64,000 nucleotides of DNA from Stegostoma tigrinum (GCF_030684315.1 NC_081371.1:39500390-39564389), one strand, 5' to 3'. Positions 13,255 through 27,310 are shown, counted from the first letter of the stretch. Notes: a model not told the origin generated them from the sequence alone. Numbers and translations: made by a program.

Positions 13255-14205
13255 TTTATTAAATTGATGACAATATAGAAGACATGGTTAGTAAGTTTGC
13301 AGATGACACCAAAATTGGTGGTATAGTGGACAGTGAAGAAGCATATCTAAGACCACAAAGAGATCAATTGGGGCAGTGGGCTGAGGAGTGACAGATGGCA
13401 TTTGATTTGGATAAATGTGAGGTATTGCATTTTGGTAAAGCAAACCAGCGCAGGACTTATACAATTAAAAGTAGCATCTTGGTTAGTGCTGTTGAACAGA
13501 GAGACCTAGGGGTTGATGTACGTAATTCTTTGAAGTTCACGTCACAGGTAGGAATGATTGGTTAAGAATGCACTTAGCACTTGCTTTCATTGCTTGGACC
13601 TTTAAGTATAGGAGGTGGGACATCATGTTGAGCTTGTACAAGACTTTGGTGAGTCTGTTTTGTAGTGCTGTGTCCAGTTCTGGTCACCTTGATTATCGGA
13701 AGGATATTAATAAGCTAGAGAGGGTTCAGAAAAAAATTTACCATGATATTGCCGGGAATTAAAGGTTTCAGTTATAGGGAAAGGATGGGAATGCTGGGAC
13801 TGTATTGTAGGAAATTGAGAGGTGACCTTACAGAAATTTACAAAATCGTGAGTGGTATAGTTAAGGTGAGTGGCAGGTGTCTTTTCTCTAAGGTTGGGGA
13901 TTTCAAGACTAGGGGTCATATTTTTTAAGGTGAAAGGAGAAAGATGTAAAAAAAGACATGTGGGGGATCTTTATTACACAAAGACTGGTTCATGTGTGGA
14001 ATGAACCTCCTGTGGAAGTGGTGGATGTGTGTTCAATTAGAACACTTAAAAGACATTTGGATAAGTAAACGAATTTTAAAAAAAAAGTATGGAGGGATAT
14101 GGGCTAAGTGCAGGCACGTGAGACCAGTTTAGTTTGGTATTATGGTTGGCGTGGACTGGTTGGACCAAAGGGTCTGTTTACATGCTATATGACTCCATGA
14201 CCCTA
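13255..14205 (+). mobile_element. CR1 3' fragment, older subfamily
   Basis: [24 protein letters not shown] and RGDL motifs; degenerate ctatgact tail. Confidence 0.85.
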
Positions 14206-14249
14206 TTAGAGTTTTAAAAAATATTTATCTCCGTAGAAAATAGAAAATT

Positions 14250-15747
14250 ATTCATCTCTCATCATCAGAACTTTCCAACAAGACATCACTTGACTAGTGG
14301 TGAGAAGGGCCACTACCTGTGAGGTCCTTGAATGTACACCCAGACTCTCTGTAACACTGTACACTGTTTTCAAAGCAGCTGTAGGGGGTGGAGTTGAGAC
14401 TGTCACACATTTCTTGCTGGAATATGCCTTTGCAAAGGAAGTCTGGAGAAAGACACAGTGGTTTTTGTCAACGTTCATCCAAAGCAGCACCATTCTCTCC
14501 AGTCTCTTCCCCACTCACAATGCATACTAAAACAAACATCAACTCAGTGAAGGACACTCTTTGGTCTGCCTGAAACTTGTTCATCTTCCAGCACAAGGAG
14601 TTGACCTTGATCACGTGTTGCAGACTGGCACTCTCCAAGGTCTAGGACTCCATGCTCAGGGACGCATTTAATCTTAGACCAGCTGCTGCCAAGGCACATT
14701 GGGAAAGGCCACTGTCTCAGGTCTTCCTTCTGAAGGTAAATCAGGATTTGTTCAGTTACCAATCCCTCCTAGTGCCTCAATGCATGTAAACATAGTCTTG
14801 TATGTGTAAAAGAGGTCTTTGGTTTGTTGGGATTGAGTGAAACTCTTTGATACGTTGGTGGAGTTGTGAATAGTGTGGACGGCTGTTGTAGGTTGGAACA
14901 GGACATTGACAGGATACAGAGCTGGGCAAAGAAGTGGCAGATGGAATTCAACCCAGAAAAAGTGTGAAGTGGTTCATTTTGGAAGGTCAAATTTGAATGC
15001 AGAATACAGGGTTAATGGCAGGAAAGGGTTGTAAAGAAGGTGTGTTGGCTTTCATTGGCAGGGAAATTAAGTTTAAGAACCAAGAGATTATGTTGCAACT
15101 CTATAAAACTCTGGTTAGACCACACTTGGAATTTTGTGTTCAGTTCTGGTCACCTCATTATAGGAAGGATGTGGAATCTTCAGACAGTCAGAGGAGGATT
15201 ATAAGGATGCTGCCTGGACTGGAAGGCAGGTCTTATGAGAAAGCTTGTGGGAGCTAGGGCTTTTTTCATTGGAGCGAAGAAGGATGAGAGGTGACTTGAC
15301 AGAGGTGTACAAGATGATGAGAGGCATAGATGGAGTGGATCGTCAGAGACTTTTCCCCAGGGTGGAAATGATAATTATGAGGGGGCATAATTTTAAGGTG
15401 ATTGGAGGAAGATATAGGAGAGATAGCAGAGGTAGGCTCTTTACACAGAGAGTGTTGGGCATGTGGAATGCACTGCCGGTAGTGGTAGTGGAGCCAAATA
15501 ATTTAGAGACTTTTAAGCGACTCTTGGATAGGTACATGGAGGACAGTAAAATGTAAGCTATGCAGGGTACGGTACGTTGAACTCAGTAGGATAATAGGTT
15601 GGCACAACATTGTGGGCCAAAGGCCCTGTACTGTGCTGTGCTGTTCTATGCTCTATGAAGCTGTACAGAGCTGAACTGCATTTTGTGACTATGTATATAT
15701 ACAAAGTTTTTTTAATGAATAAAGTATAGCTTTTAAATAAAAAACAA
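14250..15747 (+). mobile_element. Tx1/L1-clade ORF2 C-terminus and 3' UTR, interrupted by CR1
   Basis: ETVTHFLLE.AFAKEVWRK and INSVKDTLWSA. The AATAAA/A-rich tail resumes at 15657-15747 after the CR1 insert. Confidence 0.7.
14853..15656 (+). mobile_element. CR1 3' fragment nested in Tx1/L1
   Basis: LYKTLVRPHLE.CVQFWSP and RGDLTEVYK; ttctatgctctatg tail. Confidence 0.88.
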
Positions 15748-16989
15748 AATCAGATCCTACCTTCCCTTTGGGCTTTCTTGACTTTTCACCCCTTGTTGAT
15801 GGTTCCTTCCACTGGACAGATATCCAACACCCCTCCAAGGCTGACTTGGAGCAATGGCCATTGTTGGTACTGCTGTGCAGCCCAGGCATAAGTATGACAA
15901 TGTAGCAAAGAAGTGATGCAGCATATTCACACGGCCACATGGGGAAGCCTAATGAGAGGTTTAGTATTTGGGGCAGGTAGAGTTCTTCATCTGTGGGTAG
16001 CTCTCGTTTCTGGCACATCTGTTCGACATGAGCTGCCCAAGTAGGTGTGGCTTTCCCTCCCCGGCAGGTTACGGGTAGATTGCGTGATTTACCTAATGGT
16101 ATGCCTGTATGGCAGGACCATCAATGACGTGTGGAGACCCTCGAGCAGTCCCCGTGTCAGCTCATCTGCTGTGGTCCACTTGAATGGCATTGCCTTCCTA
16201 GGTTCAATTTGACCAGAAAGCACCCACATTTCAATGTCACTCTACTCATCTCCAGCTGGATGTATTGTATCTTTTCTTAGGTTCCTGCATTAGCCCTGTA
16301 CAATTAATACTTAGACAACACCTCTAAGGGTGATATGTAACTTCAATGTATATGTTGACAATATTCAGCTCTACCACTCTGACACTTGTATTATTACCAC
16401 TATTCTTTAAAACTTTTAGTCCCCTGAGGTGTTTTATATTTCAGTTGTCATTTTAAAAAAGGTCATTTGTCAAAGACAAGGTTCATTTCATAAAATGTTA
16501 GTAAATGTGACACAATTTATATCCAAGTTTATTGCAAATTGATCTGAAACTACATTTTGTCAAAGTTAGAACGATTGTAAAAAATGCTGTTTGTACGATC
16601 GTGATGGTGTTAGTAAAAGGCTAGGCTTGTTGATCTTATACACTTTGTAACAGATAGCATAGGCTAAGCTCACTTTACAAAATTGGAATGAGGTGCTCTT
16701 TAATTGACGATCAGAAGTATTCCCCGATGTCAGAAATATGTTCTTTTCAATAAAAGATTATACTAAGACAAGAAAAATGAACTGTAGCATTTGTTCGAGT
16801 CTCCAAAATCCATGTGATTAATTCTTAGCTGTTGATTTTCTCTGAATCAATTCAGCGAGCATAGGATGTAAGAACTTCTTTTTAGTATTATTGATTCAAT
16901 AGTTGAGAAATGCTAAGTCAGAACATTTGAAATTGGTACTGACACCACCTCAAGGTTGATGGAAATTAATAGGAAAATAGATTTTAGTA

Positions 16990-17295
16990 CCAGCCATCTC
17001 ACAATCTCACTTCATTCAGAAGGTTATGGTTCAAATACCATTCTAGAGACTTGAGCTTCACATCTAAATTAACATTCAAGAACAGGGAGGTGCCATCTTG
17101 TAAATGTAACATTAATCCTCAAGACTCCCAAGAAGGCTTAAAAATTTTGAGGCACAATTTCAGAGAAGAAAAGGCAAGTTCTCTCTTATGTCCTGGGCAA
17201 ATATTGTCCCTCAAATCAATACTACCAAAACTTTTTAAAAGTCATTATAATATGCTTCAAGAATAATTCATGGGTTGCAAAGTGCTGTGGGACTG
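16990..17295 (+). mobile_element. tRNA-derived DeuSINE-like element, degenerate
   Basis: B-box-like ggttcaaatacc and Deu-core-like ggaggtgccatct...gtcctgggcaaatattgtccctca. Confidence 0.55.
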
Positions 17296-17369
17296 TGGCC
17301 AATAGGCAATATTTACAAAAATATAGACTCTACATGTGGACTAAGGCCACCTGATAACTATTTGACCTA

Positions 17370-18908
17370 CAAAGTCAAACTGATGAAGGATATGCATTAT
17401 AGAAAGTACTCTATCTAGATGTATCACTGCTTGGTATGACAACTGCTCTGCCCAGGACCATAAACTAGAGAGTTACAAAAACTGCCCAGTCGATCATGCA
17501 AGCCAACCTTCCATCCATTGTCTTCATCTATACTTCTCACTGCTTCTGGAAGGCTGCCAGCATAATCAAGGACTGCTCCCATCCCAGTTATGATCTCTAT
17601 CAAACAGAAGATACAAAATATTAAACACTGGTACCAACAGCTTCTTCCCTACTGTTATTAGACTTCTGAATTGATCTCTTAAATTTCAAATTTAATGCTG
17701 ACCTCACTGTTCATGCATGTACACTGCAACCATAATATTACATTTCTTGCTCTGTTCTATAACTCTCATGCATTTTGTATGGGAAGATCTGTCAACATTG
17801 CACACAAAACAAAACATTTCACCTTCTGCTATGACAGAATGGCCAAACCCCTCTGATAATTAAACTAAAACATAAGCCCTGATCTGTTATGAGAGGAGTA
17901 GGGGTTTCCCCCTAAACACCCAGAAGTGCTTGCCTTTCCCCTCAATCTGTTAAAAGTTATCATGGTATTTTATCTGATGGGATAGTCTAGGGGGTGGGGC
18001 TTAGATTAGTTCACAGGTCAGCACAACATCAAGGGCCAAAGGGCCTGTTCTGCACTGTATTGTTCTATGTTCTACGTAAAGAGTGGTTAAAACAAAGAAA
18101 ATCCCTGATCTCCAAGTAACAAGAATTTTTTTTAAACCCAACGATGATCAAATTAACAAAATTACTAAAACAAAAAACAACAACAACTCCCCCAGCCTCT
18201 AAGTACTGCCCAACTGGTCTAAATTCTACTGGAATGTTGTTTTAACAAAGACACATCCCATTAATATAAACCCAATTAATAAGAAGCAATAAATTATCAT
18301 TTAATCCCTCCAAATTCACACTTACTTCTGGAATATTCTGTTGATTTCAGTCTCTTCACAAACACCTTTCTTGCATTAATTCTGCTATCAGGGATGTTTT
18401 ATCTCTAATTTCTTTAATGAGGACTTTGAACTAAAATACTATGATAACTTTTGATTAATTAGATAGGCTTTCTCTGAGAGCTGAATGGTGCCAACTCTAG
18501 CAAGGGGCAGTTGGGTCTCCCCAATTTTCCAAATGCCCTCATCTTATGCACCTGTTATACAATGATTGGTTTCAGGTTGTCAACACCATCAGATTTAAAT
18601 TCAGTCGACTTTCTGTTTCTAAGTGCTTTGTTTAAATTAGTTGATTGAATTCAGGTTCATTGTCACAACATCAAAACAAGACCCCTGTTTTGCCTGCCAC
18701 CTGTAAGGCTTTTTTGAGGCCCTCTATACTGGCAACTTCAGCTGCTCCTCACAGACATATGTTAAAAATAATTTCTAAGTACAGACAAAGCACAAATCTC
18801 TTAAAGGAAACACACATTTTAGCATTCTGCCTTCCACCTTACAATTACTACCCAACTTTGTAACACCTAGGTGCATGTGACAATAATAAATCAAACCAAA
18901 TCAAACTC
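17370..18908 (+). mobile_element. Rex1/Babar LINE 3' fragment split by an LTR
   Basis: Decayed CITAWY.NCSAQDHK..KAASIIKD.SHP..SFFP.VIRLLN. Tail gtgacaataataaatcaaaccaaatcaaa resumes at 18866. Confidence 0.75.
17827..18865. mobile_element. Putative solo LTR (TG...CA) containing a CR1 tail
   Basis: Starts tgctatgac, ends tgtaaca, and cleanly interrupts the Rex1 3' UTR. CR1 tail at ~17970-18075. Confidence 0.5.
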
Positions 18909-19149
18909 ATTTCAAACTGCCTTTACAATGCTAGCCGCCCCATTGTGTACATGTAGTATTTTCTGTGTTCATTTAAACTTTTGCCAGTTACTACACTTGT
19001 TTCTTTTGTTTTACTTATGCAACAACACAGATTCTGTAAAAAATACTGAAATTTGCAATTACCCAGCATGCAATGTCAGCTATAAAATGCTTCACCGGAA
19101 CCATTTTGACATACACCATAATGGATTGAAGGTTAGTTGACAGAGGGTT

Positions 19150-20085
19150 AAACTTTATGAATATTATTTGGAGTGGAATTGGTGAATATGAGGAGTCAAC
19201 ACAATGTTAATTTTTACTCTCAGAACATGTAAATAATTTGGGTTTGATCATAAGAGAGCCCATCAAAATTTACTAATGATGCAAACACTGATACTGTAAA
19301 AAATACTTCAATACATTGGCACGTTAGCAAAATGGGCAGATCAGTGCAGTTAATTCATGCTGGTGTGAACTTATGTGTGTTAGGAAGAAATAAAAAGTAT
19401 GACTACATATTTAGTGCAAAATCCTGAACAGCTTGAATGAACAAGATTTAATAATTCAAATATAATTGTGAGCACACGTCGAAAAACACACACTAAATAC
19501 AAAAGATATTTTCAGTTTTCTAAAAAATAGAAATAGATATGATTGTAAAGAGGCAATTTTATATGAAGTAATGTTTATACTGCATAATGATGCAGATTTA
19601 GGATGTACATCAAAATTTTAAAAAATACAGCATTATACAGATATACTGGAATGATATAGTTATGTTGAAAGCTTTAAGATAACTTGTTCTAGAGCACAGA
19701 ACGTTTCAGAGAGATCTATAGTTTTTTTTAAACTGTTTTACGAATTTTGATAAGGTTAGCATGAAAGGATTATTCTTCTTTTTGGCAATTTACCAGTAAG
19801 GGATGGTCAATTTAACATTGTCACGAAGACAGCAAGGATGTGTGACCGTATAAATTTATATGTGCACAAGATTGTTGAAGCGCAGAGTGTTTGTTGCATA
19901 AAGTGTTAAACCAGAGGCTATCGCATCTTTCAAAAGTTAAGATGATAAATATTCAATGCAGACGAATATCAAGGGTGCGTGGAAAACCTTCAGAGCAGTT
20001 GAGTTAGTTTTTTGATTGTTTCAAAAAAGTATCAGTTTAGATGTAACATGCTAACTGACCTTGTTCTGCACTGTGAATATTTATG
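19150..20085 (+). mobile_element. Ancient CR1 3' fragment
   Basis: Highly decayed KF.DD.K-like motif near 19266 and CR1-like 3' end. Confidence 0.5.
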
Positions 20086-21102
20086 GTTATAATTAATCGC
20101 CCTTCTTAAACAAATTGGAGCACAATGTGCAGACAGTATTCAAAACTAAAACTTAGCTCGAGAATTTTTCGGAGGATAGAGCTTGCTCTGTTTAAAATAT
20201 TTTTCCTATTTTCACTTCAAAACAAACAGCTAAATACATTCTATTTACAACAACTACTCTTAGCCTGATAATGACTACAGGTTGGAAACTGGCAGATAGT
20301 GGATAGTTCAGAATGGTTCAGGGAATATTCTTCATGTTGCTGCTCTTATTGAATCTATTTGGTGCAGTTTGTACCTCTGCATTCCAAATGAATGAACCTT
20401 GGCAGCACATACCAACCCCTATTTCTGAAGAAAGATCCAATGTTATAATAAATTGCATGTGAGCAGTCCATGAGATTCCTCTCCTTAGAAGACCAAGCAG
20501 AAACTAGGGCTGGGCCACTATCTTTTCTGAACTTACAGAGTGACATTTAAAGCCACTAGCTTCCCTCGTTTATGAATATCTTTCTCATACTTAATTATAC
20601 TTATGCACTCTGTCTCCTCCTTCACATGGTCCACCATGTACACAATATATATTGTAGAAAGCATAAGACAATTGAGGACAATTGTGTTTTGATTTTTTTG
20701 TCTTTACTGTAACAAATACATACAAAATTGTTACAGTAGTTTGCAGTCCACATTACCGCGTCCTCCATGTCAAATTCTCTGGTTTCAAGTTCCAATGAGA
20801 CTTTTTGCAAATATGTGGGGCCCACCAACAAAAAAGTAAAATTAACAGCGGGATACATGTAATGTTAAATAATCACTGTGAATTTTGAACGTTGCGTAAT
20901 ATATATTTGCGACAAACAAGTGTTCGTCTGTCAGTTGTCAATTGTTAGTGCCCTTTGAAAGGTTTTACCAGGTGCGGGGATCAGCTGATGTTACTTGTTT
21001 TGGAGGCACATGTGACTTGTGAATCATAGAAAGAAGCAGAGAGAGCGCAGTTCAGTTCATAGAGGATAGAAATTCGAGGCGAGTTTAGGAGTAGAGAGTG
21101 CC

Positions 21103-21237
21103 ATGGCTTTACTCGCTGCTTCGTCCTGTGTATTCGCTGTCTTGTTTTTCTTTGCTGCGGTTGAACAGGTCAGCTCGAAGAAACCGAACATAATTTTGAT
21201 CCTCACCGACGATCAAGATGTTCTCCTGGGCGGAATG
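21103..21237 (+). CDS. GNS: N-acetylglucosamine-6-sulfatase exon 1 (signal peptide)
   Basis: gccATGG start; MALLAASSCVFAVLFFFAAVEQVSSKKPNIILILTDDQDVLLGGM; GTGAG donor. Confidence 0.95.
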
Positions 21238-21618
21238 GTGAGCCGGTAGTTGGACGGAGAGCTCTGGTGGAGCAGAGCTGCTGTGGATCGCCTTAAGGCA
21301 GCGGAGACTTTGTTTGCTTTTAACAATAACTGTATTCAATAACATCAGGCCTGCTGTAGTTATCAGTAAAATCAGGCCTTATAGCAAACACAGGCCTGGC
21401 TTAAAGATGTAGTAAATAGCTGTGTAATCTCAGGTGATCTGGATTTTTAAACTTTAATGTGCAATCTCAAGGTTTTTGTCAATTTAAAATTATGTCTTTG
21501 TCTTTTTTTCCCAAATTAAGTGCAAAAAAGTCAGCATTTTCCTAATATAATCCGACCAAACGAATCAGTTGTAGTGCTTTAAGCTTGAGTCATTTTGTTT
21601 TTCTTTGTTTTCCTCTAG

Positions 21619-21678
21619 ACACCATTGAAAAAAACCCGAAAGCTTATTGGAGATCTTGGAATTACCTTTAAAAATGCT
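21619..21678 (+). CDS. GNS: GNS exon 2
   Basis: TPLKKTRKLIGDLGITFKNA; AG/GT boundaries. Confidence 0.95.
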
Positions 21679-22029
21679 GTGAGCTGCGTTTTTTTTTCTT
21701 TTGGTGCGATTGGGTAGGCGGGGTAATTCGAATTTTAGACTAAGACTGATGAGTCCCATTGATGTTACTGGAGAAATTCTGAACTGGATTTGTAAATCGT
21801 CAAGGAGTTATGTTTGTTTTTTTTTCCAGCTTGAGCAATCCAATGATTTTTAGCATGATTTAAAATTTGCTGAATGTAAACCATTCTTACAGCATTCCTG
21901 TAACAAACAACATTGGATGTTATTTTGACAGGAATAAACTTTTTGATTTAAGTTCACTGTAAATGGTGTATACAATTGCATTATATTCGTTTTAAATGTA
22001 ACTGTTTATATGTTTATATTTTTATTCAG

Positions 22030-22236
22030 TACGTGGCCAGCCCACTATGCTGCCCCAGCAGAGCTAGTATCCTGACTGGAAAGTATCCGCACAATCACCG
22101 TGTGTTTAATAATTCACTGGAAGGAAACTGCAGTAGCAAAGCATGGCAAAAGACGCAGGAACCCAGCACGTTTTCAGCTATCCTGCAACATCATTGTAGA
22201 TATCAGACTTTTTTTGCAGGAAAATATTTGAATGAG
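22030..22236 (+). CDS. GNS: GNS exon 3 (sulfatase CxPxR motif)
   Basis: [23 protein letters not shown]...FFAGKYLNE; formylglycine motif intact. Confidence 0.97.
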
Positions 22237-22439
22237 GTAAAATTTTTATTGTTGTAAGTTAATTGACATTTTTATTATGGCAGTTACGGTTGTGACAAAC
22301 TCTCTTCTGGTGTTTTGGGAAAATTTTCAAAGTCTGACCACTTATCTGAAATGAAATCTGCTTTTGGTTTTTAATATGTTTAAGTTATGGCAAGTTTTAA
22401 AGACTACTTTTTAAAGATTGGTCGGTTGTGTTCTTAGGA

Positions 22440-22662
22440 ATAGAAGCAAATTCACCATAGTTCTACCAGATCGTAGTGCTGCTCTATCATTAGAGAAAGA
22501 TAATTGGTGATGGTTTAGTCTGAGGGCCATCATGCCTCTGGTGAGGGGAGAGGGTGAGAAGAAGGGTCCTTCACGTAACCTCACCTGGTCACTTGGAATT
22601 GAACCCATGTAGTTGGTATCATGCATCAGAAACCAGCTGTTCAAACAAATGAACTGACTCCC
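22440..22662 (-). mobile_element. tRNA-derived SINE
   Basis: Minus-strand B-box gggttcaattcc in a tRNA-like head. Confidence 0.5.
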
Positions 22663-22783
22663 TTTTTCTGAAGAAGGGTCTCGACCCGAAATGTCAAACT
22701 TTCCTGCTGCTTGGCCTGCTGTGTTCATCCAGCTTCACAGTGTTATCTCAGATTCTCCAGCATTGGCACTTCCTACTACCTCT
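22663..22783 (+). mobile_element. Penelope-like hammerhead element, family A, single arm
   Basis: CTGAAGA-A-GGGTC-TC-GACCC-GAAA-TGTC. Flanked by gaactgactccc / gaactgaccccc. Confidence 0.75.
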
Positions 22784-24167
22784 GAACTGACCCCCTAACT
22801 TTTTTTTATGATATGGCCTTTGATGCTTGCATGGAGAAGTAAGAGTGACATGCTGGACAGTTGCAGCAAGTTTGTGACCATCTGTGAATGTAAAGGACAG
22901 ATGGAAGAAAGTTGGCTTTTTAACTATGATTAGCCTTCTTTATTTAGGAATAAAGATAACCTAGGAGGAGATGATATAGTTATGTTGGACTTTAGTATTT
23001 TGGGGGCACAGCCAGGAGGTTGATTAAAGCTGAACCTGAATTTGAATGATTGCACAAAATAGTGAATAAGAGCATTTTTGCTTGCTGCATTGATAACTAG
23101 GTGCACAACTTTGCAACCAATACTGAAAATTTTACTCCCAAATGATTTAAACCATGATTCACAGCTACTGGTGGTTCTACTGGTTGTGAGTACACAATTG
23201 TACTTTTTAAAAAAAAATCTTTGTTCTTGCCAAGACTCCCTTTGTTTTCATTAAATGCACTCAATCTTTGAAACGAAAGAAACTGCTTTCTGGAAATGAA
23301 AATTGCTTTTGACTGGTGACTATTTCAGTGGAGCAACTAAGGAAGTCTGGTGCTGTCCATGAGGAGCATAACTAATAGAATTAGAATTACTCTTTAAAAC
23401 ACGATCAAAGTGGCTGCCCCTTCCAACCTGATGTTAGATGTTTTATGCTGCTTTTGTAATTTTGAGTACATCTTAATTATTTCTCTATGTATCTTAGAGG
23501 AGATAAAGTAAATGGCCATCTAATTTATTTCGTTTGCTGAATTACACCAGTTTTATTTGTTGACGTTCTTTAGATGAGTGCTTGGATTTTTAAATATGTA
23601 GTCATTTGAGCTGTTCTAAACACCACCTTTCCACAGGGACTGTAACAAATAAAATAAGTAATATGGAAAATCTTGCTGTCCCTTTCTTCCATAACTGGCA
23701 GTTTGAATTTCCTAAGGCAATATTGAAATGTTCAACTAATTTTCAGGGATATATGCTAAAATTATTGACATTTATCAAGTGACACTTCAATTATACAAGC
23801 ACTGCCCTGTAGACAGTAAAGGTTAAATATTGAAAATATTAAATGATTTTAAATAAAAGTTGGAAGAATTTGTTTAAAATTAGTTTCATTTATTCACGAA
23901 AATGAACGAAATAGCCAACATGATGGGTACAGAAGGTAATTTGAATAGTCTTGTATCCCTGCCTGAAAAGGGACTAGATGCCTCACTTCACCATAAGAGT
24001 GAGGTGTGAGAATGGTGGGAGAAATATTTTCTTGAACAATTGAGATGTTCAGAAGTGTCCCCTAGTAGATTAGTTTCTGTCAAAAATTGTTCATTGAAGC
24101 GTAAGAATTTTCTTTCCTGTAAACATGTACGTTCTCATTTATGCTCCTTTTATTGTTTAATTTGCAG

Positions 24168-24233
24168 TATGGCTCAGAGGCCGCAGGCAGTGTTGAACAT
24201 GTCCCACCAGGTTGGGATTACTGGTATGCGCTG
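24168..24233 (+). CDS. GNS: GNS exon 4
   Basis: YGSEAAGSVEHVPPGWDYWYAL; AG/GT. Confidence 0.95.
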
Positions 24234-24832
24234 GTAAGCATTTACAAGGAGCTCATTGACCTACAGAACAGTCATTTAAATGTGTAATTTCCATACTTCT
24301 GAAGAGCTATTCAACTGGACGGATACATTAGGAATTCTGCAGTGTTTGCTTTATCAAATGAAGTTTACACATTTAAATATCAGTTGATGCCTTTTGATAT
24401 GCAGTTGCCACGTGAAAGAGTTCATGTTGGAAGAGAGGTGTTTTCTCTGGCATTCTTGACTAAGCTCCATCGTTGTAACTCAGATTTTAAATGAACTTCA
24501 TTTTTTCCTTTGTTTTGTTTTGCTAAATCAGAATCCAAGGATATGAGGTGGAGATAAGAAACTGGAGTCGAAGTCAAAGATCTGCCTCAATTGTATTGAA
24601 TGCCAAGAAATTTTGGGTTTATAGTCTACTCCCACCTATTTCCTGTATTACATTTATAATAAAAAACATAAATTTAAAATATACAAGACATGAGAAAAGT
24701 AAGATTGCAGTTGTGAGCCCCTTTTTAGCTTGTCATTGGATGCAAGAAGTATAGCAATGGTTTTTATTTAGATGAGGGAACTTAGACAAATGTGGAGGAT
24801 AATACAGTTTGTATTCTTCCTTCCATTTTTAG

Positions 24833-24931
24833 GTGAAGAATTCAAAATACTACAATTACACACTCTCTGTTAATGGGAAACAACAGTATCATGGTCAGAA
24901 CTATAGCCATGATTATCTAACTGATCTACTA
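24833..24931 (+). CDS. GNS: GNS exon 5
   Basis: [33 protein letters not shown]; AG/GT. Confidence 0.95.
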
Positions 24932-25925
24932 GTAAGTTTTTTTTTAAACTTTCTTTTGCATTGTACGGAGGTCTATTTTGTGGATAAACCTGAGGGAAAG
25001 AAAATGTAAACAGAATCTGCAAGTCTCCGTTTGAGTTAAAGTTTCTCATCGTCCTTGTATGTGACCATGCATGGGAGCACGCCTTATGGGGAAGTGGAAG
25101 TTGTAATTGTTCTTCAAGATGCAGCTTTTTAAGCTCACTTCTGTCTGTGTCAAATGGCTTGTTTATACAATTTTCCTCTGCTTTAGCCAACTTAGGAAAA
25201 AAATAACAAAAACAAAGTTTCTAGAAAAGCTCTTTCTTTTGGTTTTTTTTAAAGAAAGAAATAAGCATCTGTACAGTGCATTTCACAGCCTCTTTTGTGT
25301 GACCACCCCTGTGGTGCATAGTCATTGAAGTTCTGTTCCGATGTACAAGACAGGGCAATAAATTTGCCAGATCATGTAGGTTGGCTGAGTGGTAAAGGTT
25401 AATGAGGTTTCCAGGAGGATTCGTGCTCTGCTTTGATCCTCTACTGCCCGTGAGTTCAAACAAGATCATTTTATTAATATCGCCTTTTAAGAGTTTTTTT
25501 TGACTTGATTTTTGACTTTCTCTTTACTGTGTGAAGTACCAGCCTGGGCTCTGTTTAAGCCTTGGATTTTAATTCATAGCCTTCTAACTTTGGACAGTTA
25601 CCACTTGAGACAAACTGACCCGTACTGAATGAGAAATCTCCATTTCAAACTTGATAGACGTTTATTTCCAATTCACTCTCGTGCGCTTTCTATTTTTTTT
25701 AAGAAAAAAAAATCCTATTTGAAATTTGATGTCCCTAGATCTCATTAAAGGCATTCCTTGCCTTTCTTCACTGCCCTGTGTGTTTTTTATTTCCTCTTCA
25801 CTATTCTCTCCCCTTCTTAGTGCAATGCAGCACAAACATGTTGGTGTAACCTTTTGACAGTTGTTGTTAGTGGTCTTGCTTGGTAACCCATGATGGCTGG
25901 TTATGTGCAAGTCCAACCTGTATCA

Positions 25926-26137
25926 GTGATAATGGGAACTGCAGATGCTGGAGAATCCAAGACAATAAAATGTGAGGCTGGATGAACACAGCAGGCCCAG
26001 CAGCATCTCAGGAGCACAAAAGCTGACGTTTCGGGCCTAGACCCTTCTGATGAAGGGTCTAGGCCTGAAACATCAGCTTTTGTGCTCCTGAGATGCTGCT
26101 GGGCCTGCTGTGTTCATCCAGCCTCACATTTTGTTGC
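25926..26137. mobile_element. Penelope-like hammerhead element, family A, head-to-head fold-back
   Basis: Inverted arms of ~90 bp centred on CTGATGA (26047-26053). Flanks ccaacctgtatca / ccaacctgtctca. Confidence 0.8.
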
Positions 26138-26590
26138 CCAACCTGTCTCAATTTTGTTATCTAACTATTCAGATGTATAACATCTGAAGCAGGTAGGACT
26201 TAGCCAGGGAACTAGAGTTTATCAGGTAGGGACACTACCACTGCACCATGAGGACTGTGTAATTTAGTATACATGTTGCAATCTGCTCAGTTTTTATGAA
26301 GTAGTAAATTGCCACTACCTGCAGTATTCAAGCTTGGCTGATTTGGAAGCATTTGATCTGAGCTACTGACATTACTAAATAATGTCGCTCTTTGTTTAAA
26401 AGCTATATTCTTCTGCTTCATTTGTTTTGAATGTAAAAATATGCAGTAGATGTCTCCTCTTATTGTTTGTTTTTTTTTACTCAAAGTATTAATTTTTCAC
26501 CATTTTGTATGTTTTGGCCTTGTCGGTATTTTTAATATCCTTGTAATTTCAGAAACCATTTTCTAACCTCAACACTTTTTCACTTACCAG

Positions 26591-26758
26591 TCAAATATTT
26601 CACTGGAGTTTTTGGACTCTAGAACCAAATATCTTCCGTTCTTCATGATGATCTCCACTCCAGCACCACACTCCCCATGGATCCCTGCCCCACAATATGA
26701 AAGGAACTTTTTGGATGTTAAAGCACCAAGAAACAGCAACTTTAACATACATGGAAAG
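26591..26758 (+). CDS. GNS: GNS exon 6
   Basis: SNISLEFLD...[15 protein letters not shown]...NFNIHGK; AG/GT. Confidence 0.95.
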
Positions 26759-26823
26759 GTAGTTTTTATGCAAGATTGGAATACGTTAATGTATTAAAAT
26801 TATCCTTCTGTTTAACCTTGGTA

Positions 26824-27310
26824 ATAGAACAAAGAAAATTACAGCACAGGAACAGGCCCTTCGGCCCTCCAAGCCTGTGAATTGAGATCCTATGTCTAAA
26901 CCTGTCATCCCTTTTCTAAGGGTCTGTATCACTTTGCTCCCTGCACATCCATGTACCTGTCCACATACATCTTAAAAGACACTATTGTGTCTGCGTCTAC
27001 TACCTCCGCTTGCAACATGTTCCAGGCACCCTTTGCGTAAAGAACTTTCCACGCGTATCTCCCGTAAACTTTCCTTCTCTCGCTTAGAGTTCATGACCCC
27101 TAATAATCGAGTCCCCCACTTTGGGAGGGGGGGAAAAGCTTCTTGCTATCCACCTTGTCTATACCCCTCATGATTTTGTAGACGTCAATCAGGTCCCCCC
27201 TCAATCTCCGTCTTTCTAATGAAAATAATCCTAATCTACTCAACCTTTCATAGCTGGTGCCCACCATGCCAGGCAGCATCCTGGTGAACCTCCTCTGCAC
27301 CCTCTCCAAA
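26824..27310 (-). mobile_element. CR1 3' fragment
   Basis: ERVQRRFTRMLPG...RGDLIDVYKIMRG on the minus strand. Confidence 0.88.
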
